From: an uncultured Chloroflexia bacterium
Lineage (GTDB): Bacteria; Chloroflexota; Anaerolineae; JAAYZQ01
Assembly: GCA_963700285.1 (NCBI GenBank)
Contig: CAVOXA010000010.1
Span: 1-64,000, forward strand
Length of the DNA stretch: 64,000 bases
Direction: 5' to 3'
In this document: one piece after another, positions 1 through 9,015 of the stretch
Position numbering within the stretch: the first letter of the stretch is position 1
Layout of the letters: each line of letters opens with the position of its first letter
Notes under the pieces: generated by a model
Told to the model about the DNA's origin: nothing
Seen by the model: the letters and a program-made list of their open reading frames with translations, nothing else
Databases searched by the model: none
Program-made: the position numbers and the translations under genes

Positions 1-144
1 CAGCGAGCCCTAGTCAACAAATCCGCCCCAGAATGCTGGCTTGCAGTCCCGAAAAGACCTCTGAGACTCTCGATTGGATCTACCTTGGCGTTGGGGGCAC
101 TTTCGCATTCCTCACAGTCCCTGGGATACACCTTCCGCCTATGC

Positions 145-415
145 ACGCTAACCTCGGCATCCTCATCGTCTGCCGCCTCCAGGGCTCGGGCCCCGGAAGA
201 TGGTTGACCTACAACGGGCATCTGGATACCTATCCTGGCGGAGACTCTGATCGCTGGCAGTACGATCCCTTGAGCGGCATCGTAGCTGGCGGCAAGATCT
301 ATGGCCGGGGCGTATCCGATATGAGAGGTAGCTGTACCATCCAGGGCGGCATGATCGTCAACACGATCCCCCGAGAACTGTCGCACCGAGGTAGATGTCC
401 GGCTGCCCACTGGCG
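145..415 (+). pseudogene. M20 (ArgE/DapE-like) metallopeptidase remnant with a large internal deletion
   Basis: Motifs YNGHLDT...DPLSG...KIYGRGVSDMRG are joined directly to a dimerisation-domain piece (TIQGGMIVNTIP, then frameshift to ENCRTEVDVRLP). The middle and C-terminus are missing. Confidence 0.7.
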
Positions 416-495
416 CCCCCGTCAAGGGCCTAAGGCTTCGCATACCTGGGGCGGGCATCAGCGCGCCCCTTTTGCATCTTCCAGCCTCTGGTGGG

Positions 496-906
496 CTACC
501 AGCCGCCTTGGTCGATCTCATTCAGTGGGTCGGCGCGTTGGATGATCTCAGCGGTGCCGGTGCCAGGCCAGTCCTGCTGGTCGAGGATAGAGCAGAGGGC
601 AGCGGAGATGAGGAGATCGTCGTGTCCGTGGGCGATGGCGCCGTCCCTTCGACTTCGCTCAGGGCAGGCTCGGGGGAGCGAGGGGCTGGGCGCCAGGCCC
701 CAGGCTGCCAGAGCTACGCGGACAACTTCGGCGGCGAGGCCGATGAGCCATCTGATCTGGCGCTCGAGGCGGCTGAGGCGCTGCTCGATCCACCAGCCCC
801 AGTCGTCGTAGGGGCAGGGATCGTCTTTGCGAGCTTGGCGCCGGCGGCGGTGGATAGTCTGGCGGAGGCGCTGTTCTCCCGGGCCAGGAGAGGATTCTGG
901 GCAAAC
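496..906 (-). pseudogene. Phage-like relic: small coiled-coil/hydrophobic protein fragment fused in frame through a REP to the C-terminus of a terminase-like protein
   Basis: Open frame with no start codon: ...DDWGWWIEQRLSRLERQIRWLIGLAAEVVRVALAAWGL-(REP)-DGAIAHGHDDLLISAALCSILDQQDWPGTGTAEIIQRADPLNEIDQGGW*. The tail is clearly homologous to 1463-1615. Confidence 0.5.
645..671. repeat. REP-like palindromic unit (CCCTTCGACTTCGCTCAGGGCAGGCTC)
   Basis: Short imperfect palindrome CCCT..AGGG of a widespread REP half-site type. It lies exactly at a fusion junction. Confidence 0.6.
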
Positions 907-979
907 TCACCAGTCCATGGATATCTCGCCAACCTTCGAGCTCATCCGGGTCTCTCACGTACTTTTAATGCCATAGGCA

Positions 980-1008
980 TTGACTCATGATATTATCTAT
1001 GATATAAT
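980..1008 (+). promoter_or_regulatory. sigma70-type promoter of the tautomerase gene
   Basis: TTGACT-17 bp-TATAAT in an AT-rich patch. An imperfect inverted repeat (TCATGATA/TATCTATGA) lies in the spacer. Confidence 0.75.
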
Positions 1009-1059
1009 TATTTAGTTTTGTTTCAGTTGCAAAAACCAGAAAAAGGAAGGAAAATTACG

Positions 1060-1263
1060 ATGCCATTCACCACAATCAAGGTAATTGAGGGAGTGTTCTC
1101 CGACGAGCAGAAGGTCGACATGATCCAAAAGGTCACTGAGGCGATGGTCGAAGTCGAGGGTGAGGGTATGCGCGACTTGACTTGGGTCACCATTGAAGAA
1201 GTTAAGAAAGGCGATTGGGCCATCGGCGGCAAGTTCCCAAAACCGAAACCCAAGAGTTCGTAG
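1060..1263 (+). CDS. 4-oxalocrotonate tautomerase family protein
   Basis: M-P start (catalytic Pro1), 67 aa, SDEQK...VTEAMV...WVTIEEV..GDWAIGG pattern; purine-rich RBS AAGGAAGG. Confidence 0.9.
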   Translation: MPFTTIKVIEGVFSDEQKVDMIQKVTEAMVEVEGEGMRDLTWVTIEEVKKGDWAIGGKFPKPKPKSS

Positions 1264-1410
1264 CGAGATGAAGACCGGCTGGCAGCAGCCGGCGTCTCGA
1301 ATAGCGCAATCGCGACGACTATCGAAAAGGCGTCTCCCTTGAACCCCGTTACGTCAAACCGCTGGGCTACAGTGCTTCACGGTTTTCGCGAAGAGCTTGC
1401 TCTTAGATCA

Positions 1411-1440
1411 AGGCCTCGAGCATGTACTCGGGGCTTTTTC
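1411..1440 (+). terminator. Rho-independent terminator
   Basis: Hairpin AGGCCTCGAG-catgta-CTCGGGGCTT followed by a T-run. Confidence 0.6.
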
Positions 1441-1462
1441 TCTTGACAGCATGATGGTTCGG

Positions 1463-1822
1463 CTACCAGGTGGCTTGGTCTATCTCCTCCAGGGGGTCAC
1501 CTCGGCGAATGATCTCGGCGGTGCCGGTACTGGGCCAGTCCTGTTGGTCTAGAACTGTGCAAAGGGCAGCAATAATCAATAGGTCGTCATGACCATGGAC
1601 GATGGCGCCGTCGTAGTCTGCCGTAGGCAGGTACGTACGCGGCGACCTGGCCGGCGTCGTACTGGAACACGCGGCGGATTCCGTCGCGTGTTTGCTGTTG
1701 CTGGAGGTGCTGGATGGTCCTGGCCAGCAGGGTGTCGGAGGTCCAGGCTGTGCCGTAGAGGATGGTGGTGGCGTTGGTGCCGGCGGCCATGGGGGTGAAG
1801 TCCTTGTACCACTTGGACCATG
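1463..1822 (-). pseudogene. Terminase large subunit-like remnant with an internal deletion
   Basis: KWYKDFTPMAAGTNATTILYGTAWTSDTLL...VPAYGR (resembles the post-Walker B/coupling-motif region) jumps near 1618 to DGAIVHGHDDLLIIAALCTVLDQQDWPSTGTAEIIRRGDPLEEIDQATW* (HDD-type nuclease tail). Confidence 0.5.
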
Positions 1823-1855
1823 CAGCCCTCGCGGCTAGATCAGAAAGACCAGAAA

Positions 1856-1985
1856 TTCAACGCAAAGACGCAAAGAAAAGCCAAGGTCAAGATCTTTTCC
1901 GATTTCTGCTTGTCCAGCCAGGATGCCCTCGGCCTTGGCCCAAAGAACCTTTGCGTTCTTGTTTTTTTGGCGTCTTGGTGGTGAA
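1856..1985. repeat. Imperfect inverted-repeat element (CGCAAAGACGCAAAG type)
   Basis: Left TTCAACGCAAAGACGCAAAG versus the reverse complement of the right end, TTCACCACCAAGACGCCAAA. Confidence 0.5.
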
Positions 1986-2057
1986 ACCTGTCTTCCCTTC
2001 CAAAAGATGCACCGGCACAGCGTAGGTCCTGCCCTCTGTCCCTATGTCCCTACTTGC

Positions 2058-2086
2058 TTGTCTTACGCCTCCTTTTGCAGTACAAT
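2058..2086 (+). promoter_or_regulatory. sigma70-type promoter
   Basis: TTGTCT-17 bp-TACAAT upstream of the 2151-6264 gene run. Confidence 0.55.
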
Positions 2087-2150
2087 TCAGGTGCTGAGAC
2101 AAACTGGTGGGGAGCGCCAGCGACAAACAACAGCAACGCAGGAGGGAGTT

Positions 2151-2498
2151 TTGCCACAAGGGGTTACGGACGTAGAACGGCTCAAGACAAAGGTACGCAA
2201 GATGGCGGCCGGGCGCGTACTATCCGGCGACAGCGCCGACGTATGCCTGGACCTGGCTCGCATGGCGGGCTGCCGGGCGCGAATCGCCGCTGGCTATGGC
2301 TCGTTGAGCGATTCGCCCCAAGCCCTGCCCCAGGACCGCATGATCTGGCTCTTGGACGGTTTTGCCCAGGTCTACGACGCAGCGGGCCGGGTCACCCACG
2401 TCAGCCAGGGTGAGAGCACCATCCTGGTCGGGGGACAGGCATACCGCCTCGTCTTCCCCCAACTGAGCCTCTACCTGCTCGTGGAACCGGTGGGCTAG
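2151..2498 (+). CDS. Small hypothetical protein, possibly cupin-like beta fold (start TTG 2151 or ATG 2202)
   Basis: High-GC coding-like frame ending 5 bp before the next gene; GGAGGG upstream of the TTG; MIWLLDGFAQVYD..GRVTHVSQGEST pattern. Confidence 0.5.
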   Translation: MPQGVTDVERLKTKVRKMAAGRVLSGDSADVCLDLARMAGCRARIAAGYGSLSDSPQALPQDRMIWLLDGFAQVYDAAGRVTHVSQGESTILVGGQAYRLVFPQLSLYLLVEPVG

Positions 2499-2503
2499 CC
2501 CCA

Positions 2504-3313
2504 ATGCACGCGGCAGGCCTCGACATCGGCTCGCGGACCATCGTCCTCGTCGAGTGGGATGGCACCCGGATCACCCGCGCCGAGGTCATCGACACCGGTA
2601 CCGATCCCCTGGGCAATGCCCGGGCGCTGCTGCCCAGTGGAAACGGTGGGCACGGGCACGGCTACAGCCGCCTGGCAGCCACCGGCTACGGCCGCCACCT
2701 GGCCGAGGAACAGGGCTTGGCGGACGCCGTCATATCCGAGATCAAAGCCTACGGCCTGGGCGCACACCACCTGTACCCCGACGCGGGCACCGTACTGGAC
2801 ATCGGCGGCCAGGACAGCAAGGTCATCCGGCTGGGCCCGGATGGCCGCGTGCTCCGCTTCGAGATGAATGATCGCTGCGCTGCCGGAACGGGCCGGTTTC
2901 TGGAGAATATGGCCCGTACGCTGGGCATGGGGGTCGACGAGTTTGGCGCTCACGCCCTGTCGGCCAACGGCAAAACCATTGGCATTTCAAGTATGTGCAC
3001 CGTCTTTGCCGAATCGGAGGTCGTCTCCCTCATCGCCCGCGGTGCCGACAGCCATCGCGTGGCCCTCGGCCTCCACCAGGCTATCGTCGACCGCGTGGGC
3101 GGCATGGTCCGCCGCGTCGGCGTCCAGGAACGCTTTGTCTTTGCCGGCGGCGTGGCCTACAACCCCTGTCTCCGGCAACTTTTCGCCCAAGCCCTGGCTG
3201 TGCCCATCACCGTCCCCGACCAGCCCCAGGCCGTGGGCGCCCTGGGCGCCGCCCTCCACGCCGCGGCACTTGTGCCGAACGACCAATACACTGGTTCAGA
3301 TCAGGATCTCTGA
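2504..3313 (+). CDS. 2-hydroxyacyl-CoA dehydratase activase (HgdC/BadG-type ATPase)
   Basis: GLDIGS, ATGYGR, DIGGQDSK, MNDRCAAGTGRFLE, SSMCTVFAESEVVSL and GGVA motifs. Confidence 0.92.
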   Translation: MHAAGLDIGSRTIVLVEWDGTRITRAEVIDTGTDPLGNARALLPSGNGGHGHGYSRLAATGYGRHLAEEQGLADAVISEIKAYGLGAHHLYPDAGTVLDIGGQDSKVIRLGPDGRVLRFEMNDRCAAGTGRFLENMARTLGMGVDEFGAHALSANGKTIGISSMCTVFAESEVVSLIARGADSHRVALGLHQAIVDRVGGMVRRVGVQERFVFAGGVAYNPCLRQLFAQALAVPITVPDQPQAVGALGAALHAAALVPNDQYTGSDQDL

Positions 3314-3323
3314 CTTCTAAGCC

Positions 3324-5048
3324 ATGAGCTATTTTCAGGCCATATCAGACTTTCGAAAGGCGCGCCGTCGCGCTGCCATCGAACAGGTCATGGCCTACCT
3401 ACGGGGACGGTCGGTCGACCTTCTATCCTTTGAAGAAGTACGGGGCAAACTCAAGGGCAAAGCGGGCCGGTCTCTGGGCCTGCAAGAAATTCCCCTTGAC
3501 GCCATCGTTGGCAGCGTGGGCCGCTATGTCGATTTCACGCGCAGCTTCCTGCCGCGCCAGGACAGCGATGAAGCGCGCTGGGCACGGGTCCAGGTGGCTA
3601 CTGGGAAGCTCAGCGGGCTGCCCCCCATCGAAGTCTATAAAATCGGCGATGCCTATTTTGTCCGGGACGGCAATCATCGTGTCTCGGTAGCCAGGGAGCT
3701 CGAACAAAACCACATCCAGGCCTATGTAACCGAGATCCTAACCCGCGTGCCCCTGTCGCCCGACGTCCAGCCCAAAGACCTGATCCTCAAGGCCCAATAC
3801 GCAGACTTCCTTGAGCATACCCACCTGGACGAAATCCGGCCTGGGGCTGATCTGAGCCTGACGGTCGCCTGGCGCTACCACAGACTCCTGGGCCACATCC
3901 AGGTTCACCACTACTTCATGGGACTTGACCAGCAACGCGAGGTACCCTACCGGGAAGCAGTGGCCCACTGGTACGAAGAGGTTTATCTACCGGTGGTCAA
4001 AGTGATCCGGCGCCGGGGCATGCTTCGCGACTTTGCCGGACGGACCGAAACCGACCTCTATCTCTGGCTCCTGGAGCACCGTGCTGAACTGGAGGAATCT
4101 CTGGGCTGGGAGATTGAGACCGAAGAAGCTGCCGATGACCTGGCCGTACAGTTCAGCGCCCGGCGGGAACGCGTGGTGGCCCGCGTGGGTGGCAAACTCA
4201 TTGACCATGTGACTCCCGACGAACTGGAATCTGGACCGGCGCCGGGAAGGTGGCGAGAAGAACGATTGGGCGACCGTCGCAACGATTGTCTTTTTGCCAA
4301 CATTCTGGTTCCGGTCAGCGGCGAGGAGGGAGGCTGGTTTGCCCTCAACCAGGCCCTGGAGATCGCCCACCGTGAAGGAGCACGTCTTCGCGGCCTGCAC
4401 GTTGTGCCTGACAAGGCCAGGATGGAAGATGATGCAACGATCGCTGTGCAGGCCAAATTCGATCGCCTCTGTACGGATGCCGGGGTCTCGGGACGGCTGG
4501 GCATCGAAGCGGGCAAGGTGGCCCGCAAGATATGCGAACGCGCCCGGTGGGCAGACCTGGTCGTCGTGGGTCTTGCCCACCCACCTGAACCTCAGCCTTT
4601 GGCCAAGCTGAGTTCGGGCTTTCGCACCCTGATCCGGCGTTGCGCCAGTCCCGTGCTGGCCGTGCCCATGATGGTTTCTCCGTTGAGCCGCCCCCTGCTG
4701 GCCTACGACGGCAGCCCAAAGGCCGAAGAAGCCCTCTTTGTTGCCGCCTACCTGGCCAGCCGCTGGCAGGCCCCTCTGATTGTCGTCACCGTCCTGGAGG
4801 ACAATTTCGTCGCATCCTCGGCGCAGGACCGGGCGCAGGTCTACCTGGAAGCGCGCGGGGTGTCGGCCACCTTTGTCCAGGCCCAGGGACCGGTGGCCGG
4901 AAGAATCCTGGAGACAGCAGAAGAGCATAAAAACGACCTGATCCTGATGGGTGGTTACGGCCACAGCCCGGTGGTCGAGGTCGTTCTGGGCAGCACCGTG
5001 GACAAGATCCTGCGCTCCAGCCAGTGGCCGATTCTGATCTGCCGCTAG
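3324..5048 (+). CDS. ParB/Srx-like N-terminal domain fused to two universal stress protein domains
   Basis: LPPIEVYKIGDAYFVRDGNHRVSVAR; C-terminal NILVPVSG...DLVVVG and LAYDGSP...DLILMGGYGHSP...LGST USP signatures. Confidence 0.8.
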   Translation: MSYFQAISDFRKARRRAAIEQVMAYLRGRSVDLLSFEEVRGKLKGKAGRSLGLQEIPLDAIVGSVGRYVDFTRSFLPRQDSDEARWARVQVATGKLSGLPPIEVYKIGDAYFVRDGNHRVSVARELEQNHIQAYVTEILTRVPLSPDVQPKDLILKAQYADFLEHTHLDEIRPGADLSLTVAWRYHRLLGHIQVHHYFMGLDQQREVPYREAVAHWYEEVYLPVVKVIRRRGMLRDFAGRTETDLYLWLLEHRAELEESLGWEIETEEAADDLAVQFSARRERVVARVGGKLIDHVTPDELESGPAPGRWREERLGDRRNDCLFANILVPVSGEEGGWFALNQALEIAHREGARLRGLHVVPDKARMEDDATIAVQAKFDRLCTDAGVSGRLGIEAGKVARKICERARWADLVVVGLAHPPEPQPLAKLSSGFRTLIRRCASPVLAVPMMVSPLSRPLLAYDGSPKAEEALFVAAYLASRWQAPLIVVTVLEDNFVASSAQDRAQVYLEARGVSATFVQAQGPVAGRILETAEEHKNDLILMGGYGHSPVVEVVLGSTVDKILRSSQWPILICR

Positions 5049-5064
5049 AAAGAGAGAAGCCTTT

Positions 5065-6264
5065 ATGAATCCGATCTATCTTGACTATAACGCCACCACG
5101 CCCATCGCCCGCGAGGTTGCAGATACGATGGCGCCCTATCTCTATGAACATTTCGGAAACCCTTCCAGCAGCCACGCCTACGGCACGACCACCGCACGAG
5201 CTGTGAGCACCGCCCGGGTCCAGGTTGCAGACCTACTCGGTTGCGAGCCCGGTGAAGTGATCTTTACCAGTGGCGGCACGGAGAGCAACAATCACGCCAT
5301 AAAGGGTGCTGCCCTGGCCGGTCGCAGCCAGGGCAACCACATCATTACCTCGGCTGTGGAACATCCAGCGGTTATCGAGGTGGGCCACTGGCTGGTGAGC
5401 CAAGGTTTTGAACTCACGGTGCTGCCGGTGGACGAATACGGCCTGGTCGATCCCGCCGCCCTGGAACAGACCATCAGGCCGGATACCCTCCTGGTGACCG
5501 TCATGCATGCCAACAACGAGGTCGGTACCCTGCAGCCGATCGCCGAACTGGCCGCCATCGCCCACCGCCACGGCGCGCTGATGCACACCGATGCGGCCCA
5601 ATCGGTGGGCAAGATCCCGGTGAAAGTCGACGATCTGGGCGTGGATCTACTCTCCGTGGCTGGGCACAAGGCCTATGCGCCCAAGGGCATCGGCGCCCTC
5701 TATGTCCGGGCTGGCATCGAACTGGCCCAACTGCTCCACGGGGCGGGCCACGAGGGAGGCCGCCGGCCCGGCACCGAGAATGTCCTCGAGATTGTCGGCC
5801 TCGGCCAGGCCTGTGAGGTGGCCGGTCGCGACCTGGAGCAGAACAGGCAGCATTTCCAAGCTATGCGCGACCTACTTTATGATGGCCTGGTCCGCGAGTT
5901 GGGCAAAGACTCGGTCAGGCTCAACGGGCACCCGGAGCTGCGCCTGCCCAACACCCTCAGCCTCAGTTTCCGCGGCATCGAAGCCAATACCCTGCTTTCG
6001 CAGGTGAATGACCGGGTCGCCGCTTCCGCCGGAGCCGCCTGCCACGCCGATGAGGTGGAGGTTTCAGCCGTCCTGGAGGCCATGGCCGTGCCTGTAGAAT
6101 GGGCCATGGGCACCGTTCGCTTCTCGGTGGGACGCGGTACCACAGCTGAGGAGATTGAGCAGGCCGTAGAGGTCGTGGCCGGGGAGGTGAGGCGCCTCCA
6201 GCCCCGGGCGGCGATGGTCGATCTGCGCCTTCAACGAGATCTGGGTAAAGCCAACTCTGTTTGA
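5065..6264 (+). CDS. Cysteine desulfurase (NifS/IscS group, class V aminotransferase)
   Basis: YLDYNATTP, GNPSS, FTSGGTESNN, HANNEVG, HTDAAQ, SVAGHK (PLP lysine), SAGAAC (catalytic Cys). Confidence 0.92.
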   Translation: MNPIYLDYNATTPIAREVADTMAPYLYEHFGNPSSSHAYGTTTARAVSTARVQVADLLGCEPGEVIFTSGGTESNNHAIKGAALAGRSQGNHIITSAVEHPAVIEVGHWLVSQGFELTVLPVDEYGLVDPAALEQTIRPDTLLVTVMHANNEVGTLQPIAELAAIAHRHGALMHTDAAQSVGKIPVKVDDLGVDLLSVAGHKAYAPKGIGALYVRAGIELAQLLHGAGHEGGRRPGTENVLEIVGLGQACEVAGRDLEQNRQHFQAMRDLLYDGLVRELGKDSVRLNGHPELRLPNTLSLSFRGIEANTLLSQVNDRVAASAGAACHADEVEVSAVLEAMAVPVEWAMGTVRFSVGRGTTAEEIEQAVEVVAGEVRRLQPRAAMVDLRLQRDLGKANSV

Positions 6265-6289
6265 CAAAGCCCCCGGCCGGTGATACAAT
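6261..6289 (+). promoter_or_regulatory. sigma70-type promoter
   Basis: TTGACA-17 bp-TACAAT. The -35 box overlaps the desulfurase stop codon. Confidence 0.7.
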
Positions 6290-6333
6290 CTAAATAATCG
6301 AACGACAGAAAGAGGAACCGGGGAGAATCTGAA

Positions 6334-7161
6334 CTGAGTACCGAAGCCTTCCAACGCGAACTCGAGGTTGCCCTACGTCTGGCCCGTGAAGCCGGGGCGA
6401 AGATCATGGGCTACTACCAAACAGGTCTGCCCGTGGACCTCAAGGCGGGAGACGAGCCTGTCACCGCCGCCGACAGGGCTGCCGACTGCCTCATCGCTGA
6501 CGGCCTGCGCGCGGCCTTTCCCGACGACGGCCTGCTTACCGAAGAATCGGAGGACGACCGGTCGCGGCTGGACAGGGAGCGCGTCTGGATCGTGGACCCC
6601 CTTGACGGTACCACCGAATTCATCAACGAGACGGGTGAATTTGCGGTGCAGATCGCCCTCGCGCTGGCCGGCGAGCCCGTGCTGGGTGTGGTCTACCAAC
6701 CAGCCAAAGGGAGGTTGTTCCACGCCGTTCGAGGCCAGGGCGCTTTCCAGGTTCACGATGGCCAAAGCACGCGTCTGCACGTATCCACCCAGTCTGACCC
6801 AGCCCGAATGTGCCTGGTAGCCAGCCGGTCCCACTATTCGCCCTTTGTCGACGTTGCCCGGCAGGCACTCGGCATTGCCAGGGCAGAGCGCGTGGGCAGC
6901 GTGGGCCTGAAGGTAGGCCTCGTGGCCAGGGCTGCCTGCGACCTCTACCTGGCCACGACTATCTCCAAAGAGTGGGACCTTTGCGCGCCCCACGCCCTGC
7001 TTCTGGAAGCTGGCGGCGTGCTGACCAACCTTTGTGGCGATGCACTGGTTTACAACAAGTGCGACGTGATCGAATGTACGGGTCTCATCGCCAGCAACGG
7101 CCGGGCTCACGCCCAAATCGTGGAGACCCTGTCTCCACTGCAGGACAAGGCTGAGTGGTAG
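6334..7161 (+). CDS. cysQ: 3'(2'),5'-bisphosphate nucleotidase CysQ (inositol monophosphatase family); probable CTG start
   Basis: PVTAAD, LTEES, WIVDPLDGT, ASRSH, GSVGLK, KEWD. The conserved N-terminal helix (ELEVALRLAREAGAKIM) lies upstream of the first ATG at 6406. Confidence 0.85.
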   Translation: MSTEAFQRELEVALRLAREAGAKIMGYYQTGLPVDLKAGDEPVTAADRAADCLIADGLRAAFPDDGLLTEESEDDRSRLDRERVWIVDPLDGTTEFINETGEFAVQIALALAGEPVLGVVYQPAKGRLFHAVRGQGAFQVHDGQSTRLHVSTQSDPARMCLVASRSHYSPFVDVARQALGIARAERVGSVGLKVGLVARAACDLYLATTISKEWDLCAPHALLLEAGGVLTNLCGDALVYNKCDVIECTGLIASNGRAHAQIVETLSPLQDKAEW

Positions 7162-8658
7162 GTGGCCACAAGGCGCATGTTCTGGCTGGGGCTCGTCATT
7201 GGCCTCGCCTCGGTCATGGGGCTGGCTGCCTGTGGTGGCAAGCCAGCCACGGACAGGCAGGAGCACGTGGCAACCGATGGGCCAGGTCCGGGGATAGCCC
7301 GCGCAGGCATGGAGGGGCTCGGCCCCATTCCTGAATACCAACTAGTCCTGGAGTTGGACCTCGCTGACAAGAGGCTGGTGGGCCGCCAGCAAACAACGAT
7401 CCCCAACCAGACTAGCAGCGATCTGGAAGAGATGGTCTTTCGCCTTTACCCCAATCTACCCCAGTATGGCGGCGAGATGCGCATCGGTCCTGTCTGGGTA
7501 GATGGTCAGCGCACGATGACGTCGCTCCGTGCAGCTGATACCTCGCTGGTCATACCCCTGGCCACACCCCTTCCACCACAGGCCAGTACCTCTATTAGCC
7601 TCACCTTTGACATCGACATTCCGCCGCAACCCAGAGGCTACGTCCTGTTTGGCGAAAGCGATGGCATATGGAACTTGCCCGATGCTTACCCCTTGCTGGC
7701 CGTCCACGACGATACAGCAGAGATCACCGACAGCGACTCAGCTTGGCACGAAGAACTCGCGTCACCGCAGGGCGATGCAGTCTTTGCCGAGGCGGCGTTC
7801 TATGACGTCACCTTGACCCTGCCACCATCCATGACGCTCGTCTCCACCGGCTCTGTGATCAGCGAAGAAGCGAACGAGGCTGGCCAGCGCGTCTACCACA
7901 TTGTCGGCGGGCCACTGCGCGAGTTCGCCTGGTTGGCCAGCGCCGACTATCTCTCAGCCGAGACGACGGCTTCCGGCGCCACCGTACGTTCCTACTACCT
8001 GCCAGGTGATGAAGCAGCAGGCCAGAGCGCCATGCACACCGCCGCTGCGGCCTTGCGAGTCTATGGCGACGCCTTCGGCCCCTATCCCTTTGGTGAGATG
8101 ATCGTGGTCGAAGCGCCGCTGCGCTTTTACGGCATGGAGTATCCGGGTATGAACCTGATCGGCATAGACTTGTACCGCGATCGCCGGGAGGAGTTGGAGA
8201 GCCGGTTAGCCCACGAGGTTGCCCATCAGTGGTGGTACGCCCAGGTTGGCAGCGATCAGGTCAATACGCCATGGCTGGATGAAGGGCTGGCCGAGTACTC
8301 AACCGCCACCTACTACCGGGACGTCTATGGCCAAGCACGGGCAAATACCCTCATCAACCAGCGCTGGTTGGTGCCCTACCAGGCCGCTGTGGAGGAGGGT
8401 TACGACGCCGTGGTAAACCAGCCATCATCGGCCTTTGGCCCTGAATACGAGGTCATCGTCTACGGCAAGGCCGCACTCTTTTTTGATGCCGTCCACCAAA
8501 GGCTCGGTGATGCCACCTACCAGGCGGTCCTCCAAGAGTATCTGGATCGTTACAGGTGGCAGGTTGCCACACCCGATGCGTTTCTGAGCGTGGTCAAGTC
8601 GGTTTCAGGCGAGGACATGGAGAGCTTGTATAGCCGCTGGATCCTGGGCAAACAATGA
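7162..8658 (+). CDS. M1 family zinc aminopeptidase, lipoprotein
   Basis: Lipobox LAAC; GMEYPG; HEVAHQWW...WLDEGLA; YGKAA. Confidence 0.88.
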   Translation: MATRRMFWLGLVIGLASVMGLAACGGKPATDRQEHVATDGPGPGIARAGMEGLGPIPEYQLVLELDLADKRLVGRQQTTIPNQTSSDLEEMVFRLYPNLPQYGGEMRIGPVWVDGQRTMTSLRAADTSLVIPLATPLPPQASTSISLTFDIDIPPQPRGYVLFGESDGIWNLPDAYPLLAVHDDTAEITDSDSAWHEELASPQGDAVFAEAAFYDVTLTLPPSMTLVSTGSVISEEANEAGQRVYHIVGGPLREFAWLASADYLSAETTASGATVRSYYLPGDEAAGQSAMHTAAAALRVYGDAFGPYPFGEMIVVEAPLRFYGMEYPGMNLIGIDLYRDRREELESRLAHEVAHQWWYAQVGSDQVNTPWLDEGLAEYSTATYYRDVYGQARANTLINQRWLVPYQAAVEEGYDAVVNQPSSAFGPEYEVIVYGKAALFFDAVHQRLGDATYQAVLQEYLDRYRWQVATPDAFLSVVKSVSGEDMESLYSRWILGKQ

Positions 8659-8956
8659 AGCTACCAGAGGTCAATGCCTGACTGGTTTTCTCTGCATTGG
8701 TCTGGAACTAGATCTTGAAGTCAGCAACCAATTGTGGGTGTCCGATCTGGTAGAAACCTGCGGTATCTGGTTGTGGTGAACCCCCAACAAAGCCCAGGGC
8801 TGTTACATTGTCCCTTGAAATACACTGCCGGCCAGATCTGTGATTGCGAGGCGCGCCGTTTGCGCCGTGGCAATCCCCAGGGCAAAGGTGGAGATCGCTT
8901 CTCTGACGCTCACGATGACGACTTTGCTACAGCCCTACAACAAGGCCCGCCGGGCG

Positions 8957-8985
8957 TTGACAGGCAGAACCCTTTGTGGTATCCT
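8957..8985 (+). promoter_or_regulatory. sigma70-type promoter with extended -10
   Basis: TTGACA-17 bp-TATCCT with TG-n upstream of the -10. Confidence 0.6.
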
Positions 8986-9015
8986 TGGCGGCAATAGGGG
9001 ATTTGGAGCCGCCTA

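Noticed and set aside
895-918. Selenocysteine read-through (ATG GAC TGG TGA GTT TGC) into the 496-906 frame
   Set aside because: No UxxC/CxxU motif, no evident SECIS hairpin, and the downstream frame is a fusion of relics.
8660-8950. 87-aa ORF or possible ncRNA in the 350-bp intergenic gap
   Set aside because: No recognisable motif, RBS or convincing structure on either strand.
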